DNA of 64,000 bases from a virus: IMG/VR virus record IMGVR_UViG_3300042549_009011, positions 32,001 to 96,000 of that record, one strand, 5' to 3'. The notes under the pieces were generated by a model that had not been told where the DNA came from, did no database searches, and saw only the letters and a list, made by a program, of their open reading frames with translations. The position numbers and the translations under genes are program-made. Shown in pieces: positions 49,339 to 59,019 of the stretch (the stretch's first letter is position 1; the number at the start of each line of letters is the position of its first letter).

Positions 49339-49692
49339 ATGCCAGCAAAAATAAAAAAAGCGACTTTCTTTAAAGAGAAAAGAGATTTTATATCGAGAAT
49401 GCTTAATGGATCTAAACCATTAAACTATTCTTTGGATATGGTTGCTGCGAAAAAAGTCTTCGATCAATTCGATAATGATATCGAATTTTTATCCAAGGTA
49501 AAACCACCATTCAAAATGAATGGTAGTATTAAATATTTTATAACCGCTGAAGGCATGAAATATTTAAAAAAGAAATATAAAGAATTTAATTTTAAAGTTC
49601 CAGAACATGAAATTCCACTTGATTTAGGTGAGAAAGCTGGAGAAGATATAGAGGTGAAAAAACAAATAACAATTAGAGATTTTCTATCATGA
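49339..49692 (+). CDS. Hypothetical basic protein (likely start MPAKIKK)
   Basis: ORF directly before recA; ATG at 49339. Confidence 0.5.
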   Translation: MPAKIKKATFFKEKRDFISRMLNGSKPLNYSLDMVAAKKVFDQFDNDIEFLSKVKPPFKMNGSIKYFITAEGMKYLKKKYKEFNFKVPEHEIPLDLGEKAGEDIEVKKQITIRDFLS

Positions 49693-50852
49693 GTGCTAAA
49701 CAAAAAGTAAAACCAACAAATAACGAAGAAGAGGATACAAAGAAAAAATTGGATTCAAAAGCCTTTGCTACCCAATTCCTAAAATCAAATAAAGATTACC
49801 ATTACAACTTAGAGAAGGAAGTGGAAGAATATTTAATTTCAACAGGCTCTTTAATTCTAGACAGTAAAATCGGTGGAGGTCTTGGCTCTGGAGTTCACAG
49901 ATTCGTAGGCGTTACTGAAGGAGGAAAAACAAGTGCATCTCTTGAAGTAATGAAAAATATGATCAACAAATTTAAAGATGCAAAAGGTCTTTACATTAAA
50001 GCAGAAGGTCGTCTTTCTTCGAATGTTCAAGAAAGATCTGGATTAAAATTCATTAAAAATGCAGAAGATTGGGAAGTTGGAACATGTTTAATTCTTGAAT
50101 CAAATGTGTATGATGCTGTATTCGATTTCATTCGCGGAATCCTTAAAAATAATCCAAACAATGAAAAATATTGTATCATCATTGACTCTATGGACGGTCT
50201 TATTTCAAAAGGAGATTTGGACAAAACAACATCCGAAGCTGGTAAGGTTGCCGCAGGTGCGCTCTTAACTTCTGACTTCTTGAAAAGGGTTTCCTTGGGA
50301 ATGAGTAAATTCGGTCACTTGTGCATTATGACAGCACAACAAAGATCAAAAGTTAGTATTGATCCATATGCTAAAAAAGATACGAACAATACTACTGGCT
50401 CAAGTGGTGGCAATGCAGCGATGCATTATCCAGATTGGATTTTTGAATTCCAAAGGGTGTTTAAAGATGATAAAATTATGGATGATCCAAAAGCACCAAT
50501 TAGCCAAGATAATAAACTCTATGGTCATATGGCTAAAGTTTTGATTTGCAAATCAACAAATGAAACAACTGGAGAACTTGTAAAATATCCAATTAAGTAT
50601 GGAAGAAAAGATGGAACTTCTATTTGGGTAGAACGTGAGGTTGTAGATTTATTGCTGATGTGGGGTCTTTTCGAAAAGAAAGGTAGCTGGTTCAATACAG
50701 ATACAGATCTACTAGATCATATAAAAAGTAAAAATCTAGAAATGCCAGAAAAAATTCAAGGTATGAAAAATATTTACGCTCTTCTTGAAGGAGATAAAGA
50801 ACTTTATTTATGCCTTAAAGATTATGTTATTACGAACTTACTATCTGAATGA
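49689..50852 (+). CDS. recA: RecA/UvsX-like recombinase
   Basis: ISTGSLILD..IGGG; Walker A GVTEGGKT; IIDS; SGGNA..H; KKGSWF. Confidence 0.9.
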   Translation: MSAKQKVKPTNNEEEDTKKKLDSKAFATQFLKSNKDYHYNLEKEVEEYLISTGSLILDSKIGGGLGSGVHRFVGVTEGGKTSASLEVMKNMINKFKDAKGLYIKAEGRLSSNVQERSGLKFIKNAEDWEVGTCLILESNVYDAVFDFIRGILKNNPNNEKYCIIIDSMDGLISKGDLDKTTSEAGKVAAGALLTSDFLKRVSLGMSKFGHLCIMTAQQRSKVSIDPYAKKDTNNTTGSSGGNAAMHYPDWIFEFQRVFKDDKIMDDPKAPISQDNKLYGHMAKVLICKSTNETTGELVKYPIKYGRKDGTSIWVEREVVDLLLMWGLFEKKGSWFNTDTDLLDHIKSKNLEMPEKIQGMKNIYALLEGDKELYLCLKDYVITNLLSE

Positions 50853-51256
50853 TATTTTTCTCCACATCAGGAAAAGCTATAAAATTAAAAAAATCTTTTA
50901 ACTATTTAATTGATTGGGATGGAAAATGCAGAAGCAAATTTCAAGAAAAAGTAAAAGCTATGCTTTACGAACATTGGTTTGCCGATATCGTTTTCGAAGA
51001 ACTTCCAGTTATTGGCACAAGATTAACAATAGATTTTTATAACGCGAATAGAAAAATAGCATTAGAAGTTGATGGCAATCAACATTATAAATTCAATAAA
51101 CATTTTCACGGCAATAATAGATCAAAATTTTTAAGTCAATTACAGCGAGACGAGAAGAAGGAATATTTCTGCGAAATAAACAATATTAGACTTGTAAGAA
51201 TTTTAGAATCTGATACACTCAATGAACAGTTACTGAAAGAACTAGAACTTATCTAA
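50849..51256 (+). CDS. DUF559/Vsr-like endonuclease
   Basis: IDFY...IALEVDGNQH...RDEKK...NIRLVRI. Confidence 0.8.
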   Translation: MIFFSTSGKAIKLKKSFNYLIDWDGKCRSKFQEKVKAMLYEHWFADIVFEELPVIGTRLTIDFYNANRKIALEVDGNQHYKFNKHFHGNNRSKFLSQLQRDEKKEYFCEINNIRLVRILESDTLNEQLLKELELI

Positions 51257-51480
51257 TGAAAGAAGAATCAATCATATCAATACCAAACTCTATTTTATGC
51301 AAACTTTTTGATCATACAGGATCAGAATCTGGCAGCAATAGAGGTTTCTTTTTATTTTACATCAATTCAGATGGTACTCCAGTAGTAACGTCAAAGACGG
51401 AAAATGCATGTGTATCTCTTGCAATTAGAAAAGTTATGGAAATGTTCCTAGAAGAAAGCAATCTATTAGAAAACCAATGA
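51256..51480 (+). CDS. Hypothetical protein
   Basis: 74-aa ORF coupled to both neighbours (TAATG and ATGA overlaps). Confidence 0.6.
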   Translation: MKEESIISIPNSILCKLFDHTGSESGSNRGFFLFYINSDGTPVVTSKTENACVSLAIRKVMEMFLEESNLLENQ

Positions 51481-53021
51481 TTTACTCTTACGAATTAGAA
51501 AAAAAAGTCCTTAGTGGCTTACTACAGCATCAACACAAGTGGGCAGAAGTATCTACCCTTATTAAAGAAAATGATTTTTATAGTGAAGATTCAAAAGTCA
51601 ATATATCCATTTTTAAATTAATTAGAAATGCTCTAGACAATAAAGAAAGTATTGATGAAACAATTTTGGTGCAGAGACTTTTGCAATTAAAAGTTTCATT
51701 TCCAGATAGTATAGATATTACAGAATATGTTTACTCTCTTGCATTTTTTAAAATCTCAGAGGATGTGTTCTTCACTTCTTTAAAAGAACTTAAAAAGTTC
51801 ACAGCAAGAAGAGAGATATACAAATCTTGTAAAGAAGTAGCTTCTTTCGTTAAGAACGCAGATCCGAATTTAAAATACTCTGAAATTGTAGACAAGGCAG
51901 ATAAGCTTTATAACGATGGTATTCAAGGATTTGAATCTCTTGATCGTGGTGCAGTTAATTTGTTTGATTTGGCAGAACCAATGATTGAAGAAAGAGGTAA
52001 CAACCCAGTCACTGAGTTTGGTTTGATGGGTCCTCATAAAAGAATTAATGAGATTTATGGCTCTCTTTTTCGTGGCGGGAATATAGCAATTATTATTGCT
52101 AGGGCTAAAGTTGGTAAGACTTCATTTTGTTTAGACTACGCCACTAAGGTTTCGATGGCTAATAATAACACCCCTATTCTACATTTTGATAATGGAGAAA
52201 TGAGTGAAGAAGAACTTATTATGAGACAAATGTCAGCAATGACTGGACTCCCAATGTATCTTTTTGAAACTGGCAAGTGGAGAACTTCTACTTATAAAGG
52301 AATGTCTTCTAAACAAATTGTTGATTTAACAAGAGCTACATTTAAAAAACTCAAAGGAACACAATTCTTCTATGAAAACGTTGCTGGCATGAATGTTGAG
52401 GAAATGGTTTCTCTCTTGAAAAGACATTATTATTCAAAAGTTGGTCGCGGCAATAAAATGATTTTTAGCTTTGACTATATTAAGAGCGACTTTTCTAATG
52501 CTGGCAAAGGAGAAGGATGGATGTTGGTTGCTAAGATGATGGATAGATTTAAACAGTGTATTCATAGAGAGCTTTGTTTTGATGGAGAAAGACCTGTAGC
52601 TATGCTTAGTTCGGTTCAAGCCAACAGAGCAGGTATCACAACAAGAAGAGCAGTAGAAGATATTGTTGAAGATGAAAGTGTTATTTCTCTTTCTGACTCG
52701 ATTGTCCAATTCTGTTCTCACGCTTTCCTTCTCAGGAAGAAAGTTGCTGAAGAAATTCAAGCAGAAAACGGCAAATTTGGAACACACAAACTAATCAATC
52801 TTGCAGCAAGACATTTAGGTGAAGATGCGATGTCTCACCTTGAACCAGTCACAATGCCAGATGGTTCTAAGAAAGACAATTTCATTAACCTAGATTTCAA
52901 CAACTTTTCGATTATTGAAAAGGGAGATTTAAAAGACATGATTAGAGCGCAATCTGGAGAAGATATAAATTTGGCATCAGACGAATCAAATTCAACCATA
53001 CCAATGGTACTTAGACAATGA
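51477..53021 (+). CDS. dnaB: DnaB-like replicative helicase
   Basis: N-terminal E..VL..LL domain; Walker A ARAKVGKT; NGEMS; FDYI; VQANR. Confidence 0.9.
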   Translation: MIYSYELEKKVLSGLLQHQHKWAEVSTLIKENDFYSEDSKVNISIFKLIRNALDNKESIDETILVQRLLQLKVSFPDSIDITEYVYSLAFFKISEDVFFTSLKELKKFTARREIYKSCKEVASFVKNADPNLKYSEIVDKADKLYNDGIQGFESLDRGAVNLFDLAEPMIEERGNNPVTEFGLMGPHKRINEIYGSLFRGGNIAIIIARAKVGKTSFCLDYATKVSMANNNTPILHFDNGEMSEEELIMRQMSAMTGLPMYLFETGKWRTSTYKGMSSKQIVDLTRATFKKLKGTQFFYENVAGMNVEEMVSLLKRHYYSKVGRGNKMIFSFDYIKSDFSNAGKGEGWMLVAKMMDRFKQCIHRELCFDGERPVAMLSSVQANRAGITTRRAVEDIVEDESVISLSDSIVQFCSHAFLLRKKVAEEIQAENGKFGTHKLINLAARHLGEDAMSHLEPVTMPDGSKKDNFINLDFNNFSIIEKGDLKDMIRAQSGEDINLASDESNSTIPMVLRQ

Positions 53022-54073
53022 CAGATTACAAAACTATACTTGAGAACCTTGGATATAAGTTGATAGATAGAGGCTCTTTTTGGCAAACAACAGCAGTTTA
53101 TCGCGGAGGAGATAACCCAACCGCAGTTCAAGTGTATAAAAATACAGGGACTTGGAAAGATTATGTAGAAGATACAGAGTTTTTACCTTTCGAGGTTCTG
53201 CTAAAGAAAACATTGAATACCAGAGATGATCTCAAAATAAGAGAATTGCTTAAAGGTATAAAATCCAACATAGAACAAGAAACTAAACAAAAAAAACTTT
53301 TGAGCGAAGAAAAAACATATAATCCAACTTGTCTTAAAAAATTATTGCCTCATTATGACTTTTACTCTAAGCCTCCTCGATCAATAAGTCAGGAAACACT
53401 AAAAGACTACCAATGTGGACTCGCTAATAGCGGTAAACTTTATCAAAGAATAGTGTTTCCTATATTCAACAAAGATGGAAAAATTCATGGATTTTCTGGA
53501 AGAAAAATTTTAGATAAAAATGATTCACCGAAATGGCTTCATTTAGGTAAAAAAACAAACTGGTTCTATCCTTATTATTCTAATCCTAAAACAGAAAATG
53601 CTATAAAAGAAAAACGCTCCGTTTATCTCGTAGAATCAATTGGTGATTCTCTAGCTTTATATGATGCTGGCATCGAGAATAATTTAGTTTGTTTTGGAAC
53701 AGCAATATCTCCAAAATTTATTTCATATCTAAGTTCTTTAAATGTAGATAAAATTTATGTCTCATTAAACAATGACTTTCAAAGTGAAAGAAATCGTGGA
53801 TTCGAAGGCTCACTCAAAGTTATATTTAAACTATCTGAAATAATTGATTTTAAAAAGATTTATTTTGCACCTCCACATAAAAATGATTTTGGAGCGATGA
53901 ATAAAATAGATATAGATTCTTTTAATTCTCAGATAGAAAAGACAGATCATAAACTTTCTATTTCTAATATAATAGAATTTGGAAAACAAATTAATACAGA
54001 GACAAAACAGCCACCAGCATTTTCTAAAAATTTAAAAAATTTGTGCAAACTTTACAATTTCAATTATGGATGA
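53018..54073 (+). CDS. DnaG-like primase (TOPRIM)
   Basis: RIVFPI...GFSGR...PKW; VYLVESIGD; NND; NDFG. Confidence 0.8.
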   Translation: MTDYKTILENLGYKLIDRGSFWQTTAVYRGGDNPTAVQVYKNTGTWKDYVEDTEFLPFEVLLKKTLNTRDDLKIRELLKGIKSNIEQETKQKKLLSEEKTYNPTCLKKLLPHYDFYSKPPRSISQETLKDYQCGLANSGKLYQRIVFPIFNKDGKIHGFSGRKILDKNDSPKWLHLGKKTNWFYPYYSNPKTENAIKEKRSVYLVESIGDSLALYDAGIENNLVCFGTAISPKFISYLSSLNVDKIYVSLNNDFQSERNRGFEGSLKVIFKLSEIIDFKKIYFAPPHKNDFGAMNKIDIDSFNSQIEKTDHKLSISNIIEFGKQINTETKQPPAFSKNLKNLCKLYNFNYG

Positions 54074-55127
54074 AATAAAAAATATTCCATTATCTGCGTC
54101 AAGAATAAAAACTCTACAGACATGTAGCTGGTTATACTATTATAATTATGTTCTTAAACTTCCAGATAAATCAAACGAAGGATCTTTAAGAGGAAGTTGT
54201 GTTCACAATATATTTGAATGCTTGGGCAACCCAAGACATAAAAAACATTATAATATAATTGTCAAGAAACAAGATTCATTTGCTTCGTCTGTAGTAGAAA
54301 GATATGTTCGTAAATTTGCAAAAAAATATAAGATAGATGATTTTGAAAATATTGATTCTATGAATGCAATGATTTTGTCTGGATTAAATTATGATTTCTT
54401 CAGCAAAAAGCATGGTAAGCCAACCGAATCAATTAGTGAAAAAGATTTTGATATTTCTATAAGCGATGAAAACAAAAACTATAGAATACTTGGATTCATA
54501 GATAAATTATTTTTGTTTAAGAAAAAAAGCACGGCATTGATTAGAGATTTTAAATCTTCGAAATCAGTTTTTTCTGGCTATGAAATAACAGATAATATTC
54601 AGCATCTAATGTATTGTTTGGCGGTTAAACACCTCTATCCAGAATATGCCAAAAGAGATATGGAATTTCTTTTCTTAAAATTCGATCCAGAGAATGGTGG
54701 ACTTTTAGTAATGGAAGATGTTGAAGAAGACGAGCTTGAAGGCTTTGAATTTTTCTTGAGTGAAATACAAAAAGTTATCAATAAATTTGATAGCAAAACA
54801 GCAACATCTTCAATGGCTTACGATAAGGGTTATCCAAGCAAGGACGAAGGCTTCTGCGGCAGAGCAGTTTGCGGCAGAGCAGAATTTGCTGGTCAACTAA
54901 AAAAAGATGGAACTCCAATGTGGCATTGCAAAGCCAAATTTGCACAAAACTTTTGGCTTCTTAAAAATGAAAAAGGAGAAACGATTAAAAGCGCATTCTC
55001 AGATGATAAAAAATCTCTTGAAGAAATTATGGATAAATATCCAAATTCAAAAATAGAAAAATTCGCTTACGAAGGTTGTCCAAAATTTAATAAAAAAATG
55101 GTTGACAAATACGATGCTTTCTTGTAA
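54066..55127 (+). CDS. PD-(D/E)XK exonuclease (RecB/AddB/Cas4-like)
   Basis: LSASRI...C; GSCVH; E..F; GFIDKL; IRDFKS; Q..MY; several C-terminal Cys. Confidence 0.85.
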   Translation: MDEIKNIPLSASRIKTLQTCSWLYYYNYVLKLPDKSNEGSLRGSCVHNIFECLGNPRHKKHYNIIVKKQDSFASSVVERYVRKFAKKYKIDDFENIDSMNAMILSGLNYDFFSKKHGKPTESISEKDFDISISDENKNYRILGFIDKLFLFKKKSTALIRDFKSSKSVFSGYEITDNIQHLMYCLAVKHLYPEYAKRDMEFLFLKFDPENGGLLVMEDVEEDELEGFEFFLSEIQKVINKFDSKTATSSMAYDKGYPSKDEGFCGRAVCGRAEFAGQLKKDGTPMWHCKAKFAQNFWLLKNEKGETIKSAFSDDKKSLEEIMDKYPNSKIEKFAYEGCPKFNKKMVDKYDAFL

Positions 55128-55130
55128 GCT
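55102..55130 (+). promoter_or_regulatory. Sigma70-type promoter of the polymerase genes, leaderless
   Basis: TTGACA-N17-TAAGCT-N6-GTG start. Confidence 0.65.
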
Positions 55131-55136
55131 CAAATT

Positions 55137-55829
55137 GTGATACCATTATTCAAAACTCACGCCTCAATTGGTAAGAGTATTTTAAAAAATTCAGATATAC
55201 TCTCTTTTCAAAAAGATAGAGAATTAAAGCAAGTCGTTATGGTAGAAGATACCTTTTACGGCTTTAGAGAAATTAATCAAAAATTGATAGAGGCTAATAG
55301 TCAATTAATTTTTGGTATAAGATTATCTGTAGTCGAAAATAAAACTGACGAGCTATCTAGCAAGCTTATTTATTTTGCCAAAAATAACGAAGGAGCAAAG
55401 CAGATTAAAAATCTTTATACAAAAGCAAATTGCTCAGACTCTGGAAACTTAGTTTTAAATGAATTAAAACAAGAAGAGTATTCTGAAATAAAAGTCGGCG
55501 TTCCATTTTATGATTCATTTATATATCAGAATATTTTTAATTTTGGACTTTGCGATGTAAACATAAAAAGATTTGACCACTTCTTTTTTGAAGAAAAAAA
55601 TGATCATCCATTTGACGCAATAATTTCGCAACAGCTTAAAAGCTTTTGCAAAAAAACTGTTTTGTCAAAATCTATCTATTACAAGAACAGACAAGATGTT
55701 GAAGCTTTTCAGTTTTATAAAGCAGTATGTAATAGATCAGGCGGCAGGTCGCCAAATTTTGGTAATCCAAATATTGAACATTTTTGTTCTCCAGAATTTT
55801 GTTGGGAATCTTACTTAGAAAATAAATAA
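55137..55829 (+). CDS. Stand-alone PHP domain (N-terminal part of a split DnaE)
   Basis: FKTHASIGKSIL; MVED.FYGF; LIFGI; FAKNNEG...L align with the DnaE PHP region. Confidence 0.75.
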   Translation: MIPLFKTHASIGKSILKNSDILSFQKDRELKQVVMVEDTFYGFREINQKLIEANSQLIFGIRLSVVENKTDELSSKLIYFAKNNEGAKQIKNLYTKANCSDSGNLVLNELKQEEYSEIKVGVPFYDSFIYQNIFNFGLCDVNIKRFDHFFFEEKNDHPFDAIISQQLKSFCKKTVLSKSIYYKNRQDVEAFQFYKAVCNRSGGRSPNFGNPNIEHFCSPEFCWESYLENK

Positions 55830-56452
55830 TGCCTTTACCATATAATCAAAAATATATAACTTTCGATACAGAGACAAACGGATTAAATCTAGTTAATGTC
55901 AAGCCTTGGCAAATTGCTTGGACTCTTTCAGAAGGAAGCAAGATAACAAAAGTCTATGACGAATATATAGATTGGTCTGATTTGCATATCAGTGATGAAA
56001 TTGCAAAATTAACAGGATTCAATAAAAAAGAATATAATAGACGCAAAAAACCAGCAGAAGAGATTTTGGCAAAATTCAAAAAAGATTTATTTGATGAATC
56101 AAGAATTGTTATTGGTCAGAATCTAATAGGCTATGATGTTTATGTTGTGGCTTCTTGGCAAAAACATCTTGGAGAAACGCCAGACTATTCTTATATGTCT
56201 CGCATTTATGATACAAGACCTTTGGGCAAAGCTTATAAAGAAGGCATCAATCCACCTTCTGGCAATAAAGACTTTCTTAGCTGGCAATATAAAATTATGC
56301 ATGACAGAAGTTTAAAAGCTAAATCTTCACAACTTTATCAACTTAAAAATTTAGGTATTGACTTTGATGAATCAAAGCTTCATGATGGAGCTTACGATGT
56401 CGAAATGACATTTAAAATTTTCTTAGAACTTAAAAAAAGAATGAGCCTATAA
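55829..56452 (+). CDS. DnaQ-like DEDDh 3'-5' exonuclease
   Basis: FDTET; GQN..GYD; YDT; LHDGAYDV. Confidence 0.9.
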   Translation: MPLPYNQKYITFDTETNGLNLVNVKPWQIAWTLSEGSKITKVYDEYIDWSDLHISDEIAKLTGFNKKEYNRRKKPAEEILAKFKKDLFDESRIVIGQNLIGYDVYVVASWQKHLGETPDYSYMSRIYDTRPLGKAYKEGINPPSGNKDFLSWQYKIMHDRSLKAKSSQLYQLKNLGIDFDESKLHDGAYDVEMTFKIFLELKKRMSL

Positions 56453-59019
56453 TGTTTGAAGATTTCCAAATATATAATTGTCACGAACCTGCTGGAGTAG
56501 AACTTCCTAAGATTTCTTTAACTAAAGAAGAGCTTATTGATATTGATGCCAATTTGACAGAGCAAACATCTAGTATAGATGTTTTAAAAAGTCTTGTAAG
56601 AAAAGGTCTTAGAGACAAGGGAATAACCAAGCTCCCAAACAAAGAAGAATATTATAATCGTGCCAAATCAGAATTAGATATTTTTGAAGAACTTGGGTTT
56701 GTTGATTATGTTCTTTTAAACTGGGACATTATTGGTTTCTGCCACAAGAACGACATTCCAGTTGGCAATGCGAGGGGAAGTGCTGCTGGTAGCTTGGTGC
56801 TTTATTTATTGAGAGTGACTAACGTTGATCCAATAGAACATGGTCTTTTCTTTGAGAGATTCGTTTCTAAAAGTCGTGCTAAAAAAATCAAAGATGAAAA
56901 CGGCAAAGAATTTCTTGTAGGTAGTCTATTGCCAGATGTTGACTCTGATATTTCTTATGATCAGAGACAAAGAGTAATTAATTATATTGAAGAGAAGCAT
57001 GTTGGTAAAACTTCTAAAATTCTAACATTCAATACGTTCAGTGCGAAACTCTGCATTAGAGAATCTGTCAAATACTTCGAAGAAGCAAAAGAGGATGATG
57101 CAAACATAGTTAGCGATCTTATTCCTAAGAGTCACGGAGTTGTTTTCTCTTTGGAGAAGTCTAAACAAGAAAACGAAACATTTAAAAAATGGACAGAGCT
57201 TCATGAAAAGGCTTATGAAAACGCTTTAAAAATAGAAGACTTATATAAGAATACTGGAGTCCATCCTTCTGGTATTGCAATCTGTTCTAGAAACATCGAA
57301 GAGATAATGCCTATTCAAAAAACAAAAGACGGAGCATTAGTTTCTGGCTATGATATGAATGGAGTATCTGATTTGATGGTAAAATTCGATATCCTTGGAT
57401 TAAGAACTTTAACAATTGCACATAACACATGCAAAAAGATTGGTATAGATCTTTCTAACATAGATCACAAAGATCCATTTATTTATCAAGTATTCCAAAG
57501 TTTTGAACATCCAGTTGGATTGTTCCAAATTTCAGCAGAAACAAACTTTAAGGTTTGCCAAGAAGTTAAGCCAAATTGCTTGGGCGAGCTTTCTGACGTT
57601 ATAGCATTAGCTAGACCAGCGACTTTACAGTTTATATCGGAATATGTTCAACAGAAAAGGAATCCTCAAAAAATTGGAATTAACGATCAACTAGATGATC
57701 TATTACAAAATTCAAAGAACGTCATGCTTTATCAAGAAACGATGATGTTCGCTGCAAACAAAGTATTTGGTATGAGCCTAGAAGAAGCAGAAACTTTAAG
57801 AAGAGTTGTCGGTAAAAAGAAAATCGAAGAGATCCCAGCTTGGAAAGATAAAATTTATCAAGCAGCAGAAAATAAAAATTTAAGAAAAGAAGTTGCTGAC
57901 TATTTTTGGGCGTTCGTTGAAGCGGCAGGTAACTATTCATTTAACCTTTCTCACTCAATATCCTACGCTATTCTTGCAGCAAAAACAGTTTATCTAAAAT
58001 TCAAACATCCAAAAGAATTTTTCATATCCGTCTTGGAATCATCTCAATTCGAACCAGATCCTCTAACAACAGTAGCGGAAGTAAACCAAGAATTAAGAGA
58101 CTTCAATATCAAATTGCTACCACCTTCTCTTGAGAAATCTCAAATGAACTTTTCGGTAGAAGGAGACAACATAAGATACGGCTTGAATAGCATTAAAGGT
58201 ATTTCAGAAAAATCTTTAAACTCTTTGATTGATTTTAGAGGTAAAGAATTCAATAACAAATATGAAATTTTTACTGCCGCTAAACAATCTGGATTAAACA
58301 TATCAGTATTGTCTGCGTTGATTCAAGCTGGAGCAATGGAGGAGTCTGGTAAAGATAGAAGTAGAACTGTGTTAGAATGCCAAGCTTTCAATTTATTAAC
58401 AGATAGAGAAAAAAGAAATTTCTGTAAAATAGGAGAAAGATTTGGTTATGATATTCTTGATTCGATTTCTGAAGTTGTAGAGAAGAAGATTTTAGGAGAC
58501 GATAACAAGCTGATGATTTCAGAAAAAAGATTTGAAACATTTAAAAATAATTTCAAAAAATATAGAGAAATATATCAGCACAATAAAAAGTTTGAAAAAT
58601 TTGCAAACTGGTGGTATGAAACAACTTTGCTTGGCTACAGCTATTCTAATTGTTTGAAAGATTGTTTCGTTGACGAGTTTGGAGTAATGTCTAATACTTT
58701 AGAAATAAAAGACGTAGCAGATAGAGAGACTTTCAAAACAGCAGTTCAAGTTACTGACTTTTTTGTAAAAACTTCTGCGGCAGGTAATAAATATATGAAC
58801 ATTACAGGCACAGATGAAAAAGGTCTTGCAAAATTCTTATTTATGGATAATAGAAGAGAGTCGAAATTAACAGACTTCTTGGATAGCGGTAATAAAATAA
58901 ACAAAAACGATGTTTTAATATTAACTGGTAGCAAAAGCGGAGACGCACTGTTTGTCGAATCTATAAAAGTTATTGATACAAAAATTTACATGAAAACCAA
59001 AGATCTTAAAAATGACTAA
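56452..59019 (+). CDS. dnaE: DNA polymerase III alpha catalytic core, PHP-less
   Basis: GNARGSAAGSLV; LFFERF; PDVDSD; GVHPSG; KFDILGL; LYQE; YSFNLSH; IRYGLNSIKG. Confidence 0.95.
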   Translation: MFEDFQIYNCHEPAGVELPKISLTKEELIDIDANLTEQTSSIDVLKSLVRKGLRDKGITKLPNKEEYYNRAKSELDIFEELGFVDYVLLNWDIIGFCHKNDIPVGNARGSAAGSLVLYLLRVTNVDPIEHGLFFERFVSKSRAKKIKDENGKEFLVGSLLPDVDSDISYDQRQRVINYIEEKHVGKTSKILTFNTFSAKLCIRESVKYFEEAKEDDANIVSDLIPKSHGVVFSLEKSKQENETFKKWTELHEKAYENALKIEDLYKNTGVHPSGIAICSRNIEEIMPIQKTKDGALVSGYDMNGVSDLMVKFDILGLRTLTIAHNTCKKIGIDLSNIDHKDPFIYQVFQSFEHPVGLFQISAETNFKVCQEVKPNCLGELSDVIALARPATLQFISEYVQQKRNPQKIGINDQLDDLLQNSKNVMLYQETMMFAANKVFGMSLEEAETLRRVVGKKKIEEIPAWKDKIYQAAENKNLRKEVADYFWAFVEAAGNYSFNLSHSISYAILAAKTVYLKFKHPKEFFISVLESSQFEPDPLTTVAEVNQELRDFNIKLLPPSLEKSQMNFSVEGDNIRYGLNSIKGISEKSLNSLIDFRGKEFNNKYEIFTAAKQSGLNISVLSALIQAGAMEESGKDRSRTVLECQAFNLLTDREKRNFCKIGERFGYDILDSISEVVEKKILGDDNKLMISEKRFETFKNNFKKYREIYQHNKKFEKFANWWYETTLLGYSYSNCLKDCFVDEFGVMSNTLEIKDVADRETFKTAVQVTDFFVKTSAAGNKYMNITGTDEKGLAKFLFMDNRRESKLTDFLDSGNKINKNDVLILTGSKSGDALFVESIKVIDTKIYMKTKDLKND

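Noticed and set aside
54066-55127. Cas4 as part of a CRISPR-Cas system
   Set aside because: No repeat-spacer array or other cas genes seen; the context is replication and recombination.
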